This document shows positions 13,562 to 25,291 of a stretch of DNA of 64,000 nt, one piece after another. This stretch comes from Felis catus (Eukaryota): the NCBI RefSeq assembly GCF_018350175.1, contig NC_058383.1, forward strand, positions 30,258,001-30,322,000, in the 5' to 3' direction. Position numbers and translations under genes: made by a program. Within the stretch, counting starts at the first letter, position 1; every line of letters begins with the position of its first letter. The notes below the pieces were generated by a model. That model was not told where the DNA came from. It worked only from the letters and a program-made list of their open reading frames with translations, and did not search any database.

Positions 13562-14605
13562 AGGGCCCACTGTTCCCTCCTTCCTGCTCACAGGCACACA
13601 CTCATGACCTTCTACAGTCCCTTGTCTCCCACTTCATTGTCTTCTGTGTTCTCTACGCACCTGGCCCAGGCCACCGCCCACCTGGGTAATCGTAGGAGCC
13701 TCCCAGGGCAGCAGGGGAGGGGGGGAGGGGGGGCTACCTCCAGGCCATTTGCCCCTAATCCCAGCTCCACTTGAAAACCAAAACTATCGTTCAAGAATGC
13801 AAAAATGGTTCTGCCAGTATCCTGCCTAGAGCCCTGTGAGGCCTTCTAATTTCCCCAGTCCAAGGTCACTAAACAGTTCTGCCTCCACCGCCTTGGGTCA
13901 GTGACATCCTCCCCACCGCCAAATCCAACAAAGCAAATGGAGTGAGAGCAGAAGAAAACAGAGTTTCTCGTCTGTTCTGAAAAGAGCTACTCCCATCACA
14001 CTCAGGTGGGAAATAACCTAGGCATGTGAGTCAGACAGATGCGGGTCCAAACTACAATGCCAGCACTTAGCAGCTGTGGACGTAAGCGAGACACCCTCCC
14101 TCAGACGCCCGTGTCCTCATCGCTAATGAGGAAGGACATGGCCTGCATGGCTGGGTCATCAGGGAATTTAGTGACAACATGATGCAAAGGGCCAGCACCC
14201 TGTCTGGCACATGGTAGGGAGTGAGGAGACGCTAGCTACCTCCTGGTCCAGCCACCCAGCTAGTTAAACTCACAGAGTCCACGTGAAGGACTCCTGATTC
14301 TCCCCAGACCACCTCAGGAAAGCTGAACAAAGCAAAAAGGCTAAATCATCCCCAAGATTTGGAGCCAAGAACCTGACTGTGTTTATCTCTGCCTCACAAG
14401 GTGTGTTTTCTCCCCTCCTGCATTAATTCACCTTGTGTTTTGCTAGTTTGCTTGGGTTGCTTTCTGAAAAAAAATAAATAAATAAAACATTTCCTGGATG
14501 TCTTACCTGGATGGTGTCTGATAGGGACATTTTCCTTCAGGCAATGAATATTGAGAAGGGGGGCGGGTAGCACATTCTTCAACAACAGCCCAGAGCACAG
14601 ATACA

Positions 14606-14606
<1 letters not shown>

Positions 14607-14643
<37 letters not shown>
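14607..14643. repeat. (CA)18 microsatellite, read as (UG)18 in the SHISA9 pre-mRNA
   Basis: Seen directly. Confidence 0.97.
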
Positions 14644-14645
<2 letters not shown>

Positions 14646-14806
14646 ACACCTACATGCTGGAACTTAGATGGATTTCAGGTCCACTCAATGGGGACACACG
14701 TGTGGCACTGGGTCACACACAGACACCAGGACACTTTGTGCTTTCAATGATTAATGTCAAATGTGACAAGACCTAGACAAAAGAGCTAGAAAGAGCCGTA
14801 CAGTAC

Positions 14807-14854
14807 CTTTTGGTGACTTAAGTGTCGCCACTGCCCAGTCACCATCAGAACTTC
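14807..14854 (-). CDS. SHISA9: SHISA9 48-nt exon, phase 1-1 (probably exon 4; CKAMP44a/b alternative segment)
   Basis: Minus strand reads gttatttttttag|GA AGT TCT GAT GGT GAC TGG GCA GTG GCG ACA CTT AAG TCA CCA AAA G|gtactg = (G)SSDGDWAVATLKSPK(A). It is in frame with the 156-nt exon and matches the recalled SHISA9 sequence that follows YASLKAV. Confidence 0.95.
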
Positions 14855-15390
14855 CTAAAAAAATAACAATCGAGAGATGCTGATCTGCTGGCCGGCTTCT
14901 CGTGTTCGCTGCCCTCACCTGCTGCCAGCCCCAGCCGCAGCCTCCAAGGCAGGGGGGGAGCAGGCCTCAGGGGCCCCGGGAACAGGGCGAGAGACCAAAC
15001 GGGCAAATGTGATTCTGTAGGCACTTCCTTCTGCAGCATCAAGATAACACCCAACAGAGGGTCAGAAGAAGTCCCTTGAAAAAGGCCTAGATGTTTTCAG
15101 TTACGTCAGGGAGAGAGAGATTTCTCAGGCAGTGAATCTGGCTCTAAATCTCAACCCTCTAAGAAAGAAAGGGAAATGTGAGTTGCATGAGGTCACTTTT
15201 GCTAATGACAACACTTTGTTGACAAGATACATTTGGATCCTGTTTTACTGCAATCCCTCTCCTGAAAAAGTTAGAGGGAAATCCAAGGTTGGGCCAGGCT
15301 CTGCAGTGATTGCAACTTTACAGGCTGGGTGGCAGGCCCCCAAGGGGTAGGGACTGTCCATGCACATAATCTGTGTATGAAAATACTGAT

Positions 15391-15600
15391 GGGGCGCCTG
15401 GGTGGCTCAGTCGGTTAAGCGTCCGACTTTGGTTCAGGTCATGATCTCAGGGTTTGTGAGTTCGAGCCCCACATCGGGCTCTCTGCCCTCAGCACGGAGC
15501 CTGCTTTGGATCCTCTGTCTCCCTCTCTCTCTCTGTCCCTCCCCTGACCCTCCCCCTCTCAAAAATAAAAACATTAAAAGAAAAAAGAAAAAAGAAAGAA
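15391..15600 (+). mobile_element. CanSINE (SINEC)
   Basis: ggggcgcctgggtggctcagtcggttaagcgtccgact head; flanking duplication aaaatactg. Confidence 0.95.
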
Positions 15601-17591
15601 AAATACTGTTGAATGAATGAATGAACGAACGAACAAATTAAGTTTCTCTGTGAGTTACTTTTCCTAAGGGAGGGAAATTCCCCTAAATGCTACAGGATTC
15701 AAGTTTGTTTTTTAAGCATCACATAATGCTTGGAATTTTGTTTAGAAATCAGTTTCTCTAAGTTGAATTTCATTTCAGGTGTGCCGAATGAGCCCGGGTG
15801 ATGGTACTTTATTAAGAAAACTCCCTGGTAACCTCTTGCGTAAAGAATGTTAAGAAGGGCAATGGCCACACCCTAAGCCTGTCTTTGTTAGACTTTCTCT
15901 GTAAGACTGGATTTTACTCAAAGGGGGGTAAACCTGCTCACGTGTCTGTGCAGCAGCCTCTGTCCATTGGCCAGAGGCCTCACCAATCAGTGTGTGCCAT
16001 TGGCTCCCCTTTCCTTTCTTAAGAATCTACCTGAAAAGCCCAAGTTCTCAGCATTTTTGCACCATTTCCAGACAGACATCAGGCTGCCAGCTGAGAGGAG
16101 TTGCAGGGAACATTCTGTGTGATGCGAAAGATTACAGAGCACAGATCCGGTCTCATTTAAACATTTCTGGTTGGCCTCGTAGGCATGCCAAAGGATGCTC
16201 AGATTGCCACATTCCCCCTGCCGATATGAACTCAACACCCTCATTATTCACAACAGAGGGGAAACGAAGGGACAGGAGGGTGAAGAAGTTAAAATTAAGT
16301 GAGACCCGCCCAGGTTCACTGACATCTGGAAATAGTGATGTGGCCCCAAATCTTCCTGTGTGGGTGGACACAAGACTGCCTGAGTCACCGAGTCACGGAC
16401 GCCAAACAGGTCATTACCCCTAAGCCAAGTTCATCACTTGAAGACAGGAACCATGCCATGGTCACCCCTATCCCCACCTAAGGCAGGGCTTAGCTCTGGC
16501 AAGATGGTAACAAGTTCTCTTTCATAAATCCACTGAAAATAAGGACACTTAATCAGGTGGCACACAGGCTTCCAAATATACACGTAAGGTCCCACTACAT
16601 GCTTGGTGCCACTACCCCTGACATTAGATAAATATTTATTGGGTGGAAAAACATCAACACTTATTAAAGGGGGATGAATCAAAGGCGGTGAGAGGAAACA
16701 AACGTGAGGTAGCTTTCTGGGTGATGAAATATTTCTTATCCTTACTGGGATGTTTGTTATCCTAGAGTATGTGTCTTTCAACAATCATGCCACTGTAAAA
16801 TTATGATCTGCAGATTTCACTACATGTCAATTTTACCTTATCTGCAGTATACCTTAAATATATTATACCTCAATTATACTCAGCACCATGGGAAAACTTT
16901 AAACTTCAAACAAAGAAAGATAACTCAATATAAATAATCCTCCCTCCAAAAAAGAGGGGAAGGTGCTCCCCCATTTTTTTTTTTTTTTGGTCTGGTTATA
17001 GCCTTCTGATGCCAGAAATTGCCCTCTGGAAGATGGAATCATGTCATGGAAAGAACACAGGATTCTGAATCAGGTAATGCTGAATGTGATTCTTGCCTCT
17101 GCCATTTACTGGAAGACGCTGGGAAAATTGCTTAATTTCACCTGCCAAAATTGCTTAATTTCATCTGCCAAAGATTGGGAACAATACCTCCCTCAGAGGT
17201 ATAGTGTTTTGAGACTTCAATGATGTTAGCCCTCTTCTTGCCATAACTTAAAAAAAAAAAAAATTAAACACGTAGAGGTCAATCCATGGCTGAGGTCTCA
17301 TGCATCAGGTAGGTTTCTCACGCATGACTCGTACAGCAAGACGAAAGAGGAAATTCCTGCCATGTTGAAGTGCATTGTTGTGGTTTTAAACAGTGCCATT
17401 GGAAAATGCAACAGGATTCTGGCAAGAGCCCCTTGTCTGTCAAATAGCAACAAAGAAGATATCTTCTTAATAAAATTTTAATGTAAAAATGAAGGCACCA
17501 TGGCACTTTATCAATAATGCTGGTACACCCTGTCTCTTTCTCTCACTGAGAAGCCAGGGTTGCAATGAAACATCTAAAGGGCATGTAGGTC

Positions 17592-18053
17592 AATGAGAAA
17601 GAATGAAATCCTGCCATCTGCAGCAAGGTGGATGGAACTGGAGGGTATTATGCTAAGTGACATAAGTCAGGCAGAGAAAGACAGATATGATATGTCTTCA
17701 TTACTCATATGTGGAACTGGAGAAACTTAACAGAAGACCATGGGAGAGGGGAAGGGGGAAAAATTGTTACAGAGAGGGAGGAAGACAAACCATATGAGAC
17801 TCTTAAATACAGAGCACAAACTGAGGTTGATGAGGGTGGGGGAGTGGGGGAGGGGGAGAGGGGAAAATGGGGGATGGGCATTGAGGAGGGCACGTGTTGG
17901 GATGAGCACGGGGTGTTGTATGTAAGCGATAAATCATGGGAATCTACTCCCACAACCAAGAGCACACTGTATACACTGTATGTTAGCCAACTTGACAATA
18001 AATTATATTAAATAAATAAGTAGATAAAATTATAAAATAATAAAATAAAATAA
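17592..18053 (+). mobile_element. 5'-truncated carnivore L1 (end of ORF2, 3'UTR, A-tail)
   Basis: gaatgaaatcctgccatctgcagcaaggtggatggaactggagggtattatgctaagtga; G-rich UTR; A-rich tail. Confidence 0.92.
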
Positions 18054-19242
18054 ATGTGGTCAGGAGTTTAAGTCTTACGTGCCTAGAGGAAAAAACTGGA
18101 CATGGGGCCAAGAGGCGATAAATGCTAATGCGTAGTCAATTTTCTGTATGCAAGGTCCATCAGAAATTACGTGAAAGTGTGGTCTTTTTCCAGCTCTGGA
18201 GGCAGGAACCACCCCCCTCTGAACCAGCAGGTAAGCCTTCTGGACATTTTCCCAAACACCTCTGTCCTGTCAACATTGCCTATGAAGAACCATAAAGTGG
18301 GTTCTTCACTACCCATCAAACTGGCGGCTCAAGCCAGGGAACTCGTGTGCTTAACGGAGACTTCAGGTTACATTTTGACTCAATCCACCACAAGACACAC
18401 TTTTTGTCTTCAGTCTTGGTGGAGGATGTAACTACAACGTTTAAATCCGCAGTTGTAACTTAGGAAGGAGAGTCAGTTGGAGGAGACTACGAATCTTTTC
18501 TTAATGGATTGTAGTAGCCACATGTCTGGATCTTCGTCATTCAGGAGATATGGGGCAGTAAAGAGGTTTGGCTGACTGCTGGTCCTTAGAACGGCTCAAA
18601 AACGTCATTTGCTGTTTTGCTTGCTTGTTTGTTTTATCAGATCCTCAGTGTGAGTTAGCTTCCTTGTATGTCTTTCCCATCAAACCGGAATAAACTCTCC
18701 CTCCCTCAAAATGACACCTGAGTCACTGCATGTTAATCAAGGTATCAGTATATCTTGGAGATCTGAGGAAAAATATGGCCAACAAACAACTCTGGTCTGG
18801 AGACTTTAATATGTTCCAGTATTACTGAGGTTGACTGTATGTCAGGCTAAGCACATTCTGTGCAATGTATCACTGAATCTACCCAACAAACCATCAGCTC
18901 CGTATTGTTATTATCTCCATTTTACAGAGGGGGGAAACTGAGACCTGAGGAGGTTAAGTTATTTCAGAAAGAGCCTGAAAATATCTAGTGAGATCTTAAA
19001 CTCCGTCCCGACCAGCGGCAGAGGCCATGCCATGTTCCACCATCTTGCTGATCATCTCATGCTCCTGACTTGATGTGGAACTCACCATAAGCTCTAATTC
19101 ACTAATTTTACAAAAACTTATTGGGAGCACTTGTAAGTTCCCAGCATGGTATTAGGTGCTGGGGAGGCACTGATGAATGGGACAGACTTGGTTCATGCCT
19201 CAATGGGACCTACAATCAAGGGACACCAGATTAAATGTCTAA

Positions 19243-19283
19243 AATGAATGAATGAATGAATGAATGAATGAATGAATGAATGA
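19243..19283. repeat. (AATG)n microsatellite
   Basis: Seen directly. Confidence 0.95.
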
Positions 19284-19486
19284 AACAAATGATAATCCAA
19301 CCCCATCATACCTCCTTGTACAAAATCTGATGAAGTTTAGCTGCTAACATTTCCCTAATGTGTGCTAATCTTTTGCTAACACTTGGGCAGTGAACCCCTT
19401 GGGAACAGAGAACATTGTGTACTCACATGCTATATCCCTGAATTGTAGAAAGAAAAGAGCTCTCTTTAAACATCAATGAGTGTGTT

Positions 19487-19693
19487 GGGGTGCCTGGGTG
19501 GCTCAGTCAATCAAGCGTCTGACTTTGGCTCATGATCTCATGGTTTGCAGGTTCGAGCCCTGCATCAGGCTCTGTGCTGATGGCTCAGAGCCTGGAGCCT
19601 GCTTTGGATTCTGTGTCTCCCTCTCTCTCTGCCCCTCCTCCTTTCACACTCTCTCTCTTTCTCAAAAATAAATAAAAACTAAAAAAATTTTTT
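19487..19693 (+). mobile_element. CanSINE (SINEC)
   Basis: Typical head and tail; TSD aacatcaatgagtgtg / aacattaatgagtgtg. Confidence 0.95.
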
Positions 19694-22515
19694 AACATTA
19701 ATGAGTGTGATTTCAACAAGCAAATAAAGTAAAATAAAAATAAAATAAAATAAAATAAAACAAAACAAAATAAAATAAATGTACCAACAGTTACCACTCT
19801 TTTCTCTCTGGAGTTGGCAGTGAATGGATGGGACATATTTAATGGCCCACAGTATTCTAATAACTAGAATGAGTAGAATTGTTTCATTTTCTATTTTAAA
19901 ATTTCCTCGCTTTTCATTCCTCATTTTTCACATGAAGAAGCTGAGGTCAGAGAGTTTCAGTGACTGCATGAAACTACCCCATGTTCTGGATATTAAAGCC
20001 ACCAAGAGAAATTTATTTTCCAGGGGTATTTTTGAACCTGGCAGTTAACCCTAAAGGCTGTCCAAGTCCTTCCTTCTTTACCAGGAATTTTTAGAAAATG
20101 CATCTGCTTATCGAAGGCTGCAGAACTCTCAAAGGAAAAAAATTTTTAAACAACTTCTCTCCTGGGTGGTAATGATTTTGCTAATGAAATGCGTTTCATC
20201 ATCCGCACACACATCATGGTGTGAATTATGCCTTAATAAAGAAACTTTCGAAGAGCACTTAGCCCAGGATCTGCATTTCATTTGTGCAGGCAGATGCTGG
20301 ACACGTGGGTAACCCATTGGGTCAGGCAGTCCTTTAATTTGCTCCTCCCTGGAGAGTCACAAGACCATCGGCGACTCAGGTAAAGTCTGTGAACTCCCAC
20401 AACAAGCAGAGAGGAAGGACAGAGAAGAAGAGGGGCACATCAACCATATCCAGGATGGAGGAGAGTTCTTTATGTAAGATCCTTCAGAGTTTTCTAGAAG
20501 ATTAGGGGTGCTTCCTTACAACTGAGCTATGATTGGACTCATGCCAAAGACAAGCGCAATCATTCATTCAGTAAACACTACAGAACTTTATGGAAGTTCT
20601 TTATGGAAGAAAGGGTTACTTAAGAAGGGCAAAACTGGAAATGGAATTCTAAATGCACTGTAGACATGTGCTATGGGCAGGATCTCTGTACAAATCCGGG
20701 GGAAAAATCAAGGAGCATTGTGGGAATATCCATCTATGATTCACCCAAATAACTACTGGGTTTGGAGGGGGGACAAGACACCAGGCCTAAGCTGAAGAAA
20801 TAAGTTGTTTAGGGGAATGTAACCAGTTCAAAGGGAAAAGGATGTCTGGGTTGATTTTTTTTTAATGCCAAAAGAAGAATCAAATGGAACTGGCAGATGC
20901 CATTTGTCACCTAAAGGCAAGGCTCAGGAAGGGGGCGGGGAGGGGCAGGGCACCACACAGGGTATGAAGGCTTCCACAGCTACATTGGTGTAGATGCCCT
21001 GACTCCTTCTCTCCTAGGCAACAGCCTGCAGCTCTTTCTCCTAATATTTGAGTCTACTTAAACACGCTCAGGATGCATACGCTGTGCAAACACGCGATCT
21101 GGAATGGGGGGAATCTGTGGTCATGGGGTGTGTATAAGGGCTGAGTTTGGTGCAGAAACTCAACATGCAACACAGGAACTGGTATATGAGTTCTTGCAGG
21201 GCTTGGGATTTGGAAAAGCCTGTGTCAGTCTGCTCAGCCTGCGCCCTTGGGGTTAGAAATCTGGTCTGCCCATCTTTGAGGGACTCCATCTGGAAGCCCT
21301 AGGAGACGGGGAGACATGCATTCCTAAAGATATTTGTGATTCAAATGCTTGCGGAGTTCCTAGTATGTGCCTGGCCCACTGCCGAGCCACCAAGATGCTC
21401 TGTGCCTCCGATGTTTGGAGACCATGGTCACCTCCAGCATCACAGACACGTCACAGCGTCCGGGCTTTGGTTTCTGGTGTCCGTTTGTAATGGAATTAAG
21501 ATATCAGACACAGGAATCAATCAGCAAACACCTCCCATCCCATCTCTGATGAGGGGCATGGTTGCGAGGGAAGGAATGAAGACAAGTAGCTGATAATAAA
21601 AGCAAGCAGGTGGCCTGTGAGTCCATCTGCCCAAAGTGCGACTTTGCTGTGGCTGCTGCTTCCATCCGATAGAACTCCTGCCCACACGGTTCGTTCGGAA
21701 GCCCGGGACACCATCATATGTGACGCTCCCTCATGTGTGAGCTGGGGAAAGGGACTAACGGAGGAGCAGGGCTGGGGGAAGCTAGCAGTGGGAGGATAGG
21801 CTCTGGAGTAATAAAAATCCACAGGCTGCTTGATTTGGACCAAGGTAAAGGAGACTCCTTGAGTCTTAGTTTCCTGATCTGAAAACTGGGATAATAATTG
21901 TGCCCTCCTCTTTGGACCGCTGTGAGAAAAAGAGGCAGGATGTATAAAATGTCCCGTGCAATTGATAAGAACTTGATCAGAACTTAGCACAAGCTCCAGG
22001 CTGTGTGCCCAATCTGGAAGAGCAGAAGTGTTCCACTTACTGACTTCACAGAGATGGGGTGACTGCGGGGTGATGGATGCTACCCCCTAAAGGGCAAGAC
22101 ACTCGGACACCGGGTGTCCTGGATTCTATGTCCTGGGGATTCACTAGGGCAGATGGTGGACGACGAAGGGGCTGAGGTGTCTGTGGGTCCAAATAAGCCT
22201 CCAGGCGCCCTCTGTCCCGGGAAACAGCCCCCACACGTGTCCCTCGCCCCCCCCACCCTGCCCCACGTGACTAGTCATAGGGAAAGCAGCTGTTTCACAG
22301 TAACCTGGGCCCCAGGTAGAGACATCAAGAATATGTGTGAGAGAGACAGAGAGGGAGATAGAGGAAGAGATGGACAGACAGAGACACAGAGTTCAGGAGA
22401 CGAGAAGAAGGAAAAGAAAACGAGAAGTAGAACGAAAGAGAGGACCAGAAAAACCAGTTGGGGGATGGGGAGAGAAAAGTACAGAAAAGCAGGGGAGAAA
22501 GAGAACAGCACTTAC

Positions 22516-22671
22516 CAACCGCCTTCAGGGAGGCATATTTGTTGAGCTCTTTGCCCGGTGGCTGCTGCTCGTAGGGATTAGAGATCTGGCCCAGGCTGGG
22601 GTACGAATGCGGGTGGCCCATCTGCTGGAGCAAAGGGGAGGTGGGCACTGCGTTGTTCATCTGCGTAGCAT
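22516..22671 (-). CDS. SHISA9: SHISA9 (CKAMP44) internal coding exon, 156 nt, phase 1-1 (probably exon 3)
   Basis: Minus strand reads tgcttgcag|AT GCT ACG CAG ATG...AAG GCG GTT G|gtaagt and encodes (H)ATQMNNAVPTSPLLQQMGHPHSYPSLGQISNPYEQQPPGKELNKYASLKAV(G). I recognise this as the SHISA9 intracellular region. Splice sites are canonical AG/GT. Confidence 0.96.
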
Positions 22672-22905
22672 CTGCAAGCAAGATAACAGGGGGTGGTCAC
22701 AGACGGGGCGGGACCTTCCTCCCATGCAAAGCAACCCACCCTCGCAGGGTCCCAAACGCCCACCTCCTGGGGACACAAGAGCGAGAGCAGCAGGGGATGG
22801 GTGAAAAGAGGGCAAAGGGTGAGCCTAGAACTTTTCATCTCCCCCTGAAATGGATGTGTTAAGGTCCCTGCCATTGCAGGGGCTATTTCTGTTATTAAAA
22901 CTATA

Positions 22906-23082
22906 GGGGTGCCCGGGTGGTTCAGCTGGTTGAACGTCCAACTTTGGCTCAGGTCACGCTCTCACGGTTCGTGAGTTGGAGCCCCACATCGGGCTCACAG
23001 AGCCCGCTTCGGATTCTCTGTCCCCCTCTCTGTCTGCCCCTCCTCCAATCTCGTGCTCTCGCTCAAAAATGAGGAAACATTA
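22906..23082 (+). mobile_element. Older CanSINE whose tail hosts a younger SINE
   Basis: ggggtgcccgggtggttcagctggttgaacgtcc head. Confidence 0.9.
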
Positions 23083-23302
23083 GGGGCGCCTGGGTGGCGC
23101 AGTCGGTTAAGCGTCCGACTTCAGCCAGGTCACGATCTCGCGGTCCGTGAGTTCGAGCCCCGCGTCGGGCTCTGGGCTGATGGCTCAGAGCCTGGAGCCT
23201 GTTTCCGATTCTGTGTCTCCCTCTCTCTCTGCCCCTCCCCCGTTCATGCTCTGTCTCTCTCTGTCCCAAAAATAAATAAACGTTGAAAAAAAAAATTAAA
23301 AA
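23083..23302 (+). mobile_element. Young felid SINEC_Fc-type SINE
   Basis: CpG-intact ggggcgcctgggtggcgcagtcggttaagcgtccgacttcagccaggtcacgatctcgcggtccgtgag; 18-bp TSD aaaaatga(g/a)gaaacatta at 23065-23082 and 23303-23320. Confidence 0.97.
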
Positions 23303-23339
23303 AAAAATGAAGAAACATTAAAAAATAAAGTATATACAG

Positions 23340-24400
23340 ATGATTAACTTCAGTAACAGTCAAGGAAATGCAAGTCAGAACAATGACGAGAAGCCGTTCC
23401 TTCGCCAAGAGATTGGCAAACATTGAGTAAGAGGGGGGAGGTACACCGATAGTCGTAAAGATGTGGGAAGTTGTGTGGTCTCATCAACTCATGGTGGGCA
23501 CGCAATTTGCCATGTTTGCGGAAAGGAACATGACAGTGTGTCTTAGAATGTAAAGTGAGTGCATATTTTGACCAAAAAATACCACTTCTAGGGAATGAGC
23601 CTACAGAAATGACGTCAGAATACATGGATATTTGTTCAGAGATGTTCTCTGCACCATTGTCTATGAGGTGAAATATATGCACACACACAAACAACATGAG
23701 CTCCTAAAAATATGGGAATTCTTGGGGGCACCTGGATGGCCCATGTGACTCTTGATTTCAGCTCAGCTCATGATCCCAGGGTCATGGGATCGAGCCCTGA
23801 GTTGGACTCTGCTTAGAGTATGGACCCTGCTTAAGATTCTCCTTCCCTCCCTCTCTCTCCCTCTGCCCCTCTCCCCTACTTTATCTCTTATCTTTCTCAA
23901 AAAAAAATACATGTGGGAATTATTAAATTATTGTACATTCATATTACATACACAATCTGTACATGCATATAATGGGATATCATGCAGCTTAAAAAAAAAA
24001 GTGTTTAAAATCGAGTTAAACTCTGGGGCACCAGGGTGGCTCAGCCAGTTAAGTCCAGCTCTTGGCTTCAGCTCAGGTCATGATCTCACAGTTTCACGAG
24101 TTCAAGCCCTGTATCAGGCTCTGCGGTGACAACTTGGGATTCTCTCTCTCTCCCTCTTTCTGCCCATCCCACACTCGCACTGTCTCTGTCTCTCTCAAAA
24201 TAAATAAATAAACTTAAAAAAAATCTTATAGAAAGATGTGTTAACTCTACACCTGTCAACCTGGATAGTTCCTTGGGGCTTATACTGTTAAGGAGGGAAA
24301 AAGAAAATGAGAAAGTAATGCAAATAATACAGCATTTTTGGTAAAGAAAATCTGTGCGTGTTGTAATTTGCAAAGACAGAAAAAAAATATGTAAAGACAC
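23340..24400 (+). mobile_element. Old L1M 3' region interrupted by two CanSINEs (about 23724-23907 and 24025-24223)
   Basis: Degenerate ORF2-end motifs (aggaaatgcaagtcagaacaatga; ataccacttctaggga) and two SINE heads. Confidence 0.75.
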
Positions 24401-25075
24401 ATGAGCAGAATATTGACTACGTAGAGGAAATGGAATTCACCTGGAGAGGTTCAAGAAGTTGGCTCCGAAGGAATATTCTCTGAGCTGAGACCCAGAAATC
24501 CAGATGTGAATTAAATGTGGGAGGAGGTGGAGGGCAGTAGAAGCATGTGCCGGGCACGTGCAGAAGAGGGGAGAGGGAGGAGGTGGGGCTGAACAGGCCT
24601 GCAGGGCTCACGATGCCTTGTGAAGGGTTTCTGTGTCACCCTGAGAGCAGTGGGAGGGAGGGGGCAAGCTCAGATGAGGCACAGAGTCCAGAAGAGGGGG
24701 GTTATTGCTCAGTTTCAGGCAGGAAGTGGAGATTCTCTCCAGGTACATGAAGCACTCGTGCAGATCCAAATAAACATGGTGGTGGATGCTGGTGCTGCTT
24801 TGAAAGATCCCCTTTACCTGGCATATGTGCCCATTTCCCAGCTGCTCTGGAGGGGACTCACAGCTCAGAGCTGGCCCTAGCACCCGCTAAGTTATTCTCA
24901 GGAACCACCACCACCCTGGGTTTCGGGTGCTTCATGAACGTCACCCTCAACACCTGAGGTGGCTGGCCACCAGTGTCTGGCTGGCTGACACTAAGGTGCG
25001 CAGACCAGCCCCTTGCCTCAAGGTGTGGATAGCTTGATGGACCAATGGATGCTCCAGAGCTCCCAGGGTTTGGAA

Positions 25076-25291
25076 CAGGGGACAGCATTTTTTTGGGTAA
25101 AGGGACAAAACTGTAAATAATTCAGTCTTTATGGGCCACACAGTCTCATTAGGAATACTCTCAACTCCACCCTTGTATCAAGAAAGCAGACAGACATTAT
25201 GTCAAATAATGGGTGTGGTTGTATGTCAATAAAACTTAATTTATCCAAACAGGTAGCTGCTAGATTCAAGGGACATAATTTGACAACCCTG
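25076..25291 (+). mobile_element. MER58A hAT-Charlie element
   Basis: caggggacagca...aataatgggtgtggttgtatgtcaataaaactt...tttgacaaccctg with short inverted termini. Confidence 0.85.

Larger units (their letters stand above)
14855..22515 (-). other. SHISA9: SHISA9 intron between the two exons (7661 nt, GT-AG)
   Basis: Bounded by the gtaagt donor at 22515 and the ttttag acceptor at 14855. Confidence 0.9.

Noticed and set aside
1..14806. SHISA9 terminal exon (DKVNDDFY...TEVTV)
   Set aside because: No matching minus-strand peptide was seen. It presumably lies beyond position 1.
17124..17169. 23-bp direct repeat as a CRISPR-like or functional array
   Set aside because: Two adjacent copies with no spacer inside a MIR. 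This is a simple slippage duplication, and the DNA is eukaryotic.
22325..22681. 118-aa ORF as a standalone gene
   Set aside because: Only 22516-22671 is exon. The flanks are read-through into intron past clear splice sites.
23083..23170. tRNA genes
   Set aside because: The A/B-box sequences are the tRNA-derived heads of CanSINEs, followed by CT linkers and A-tails.
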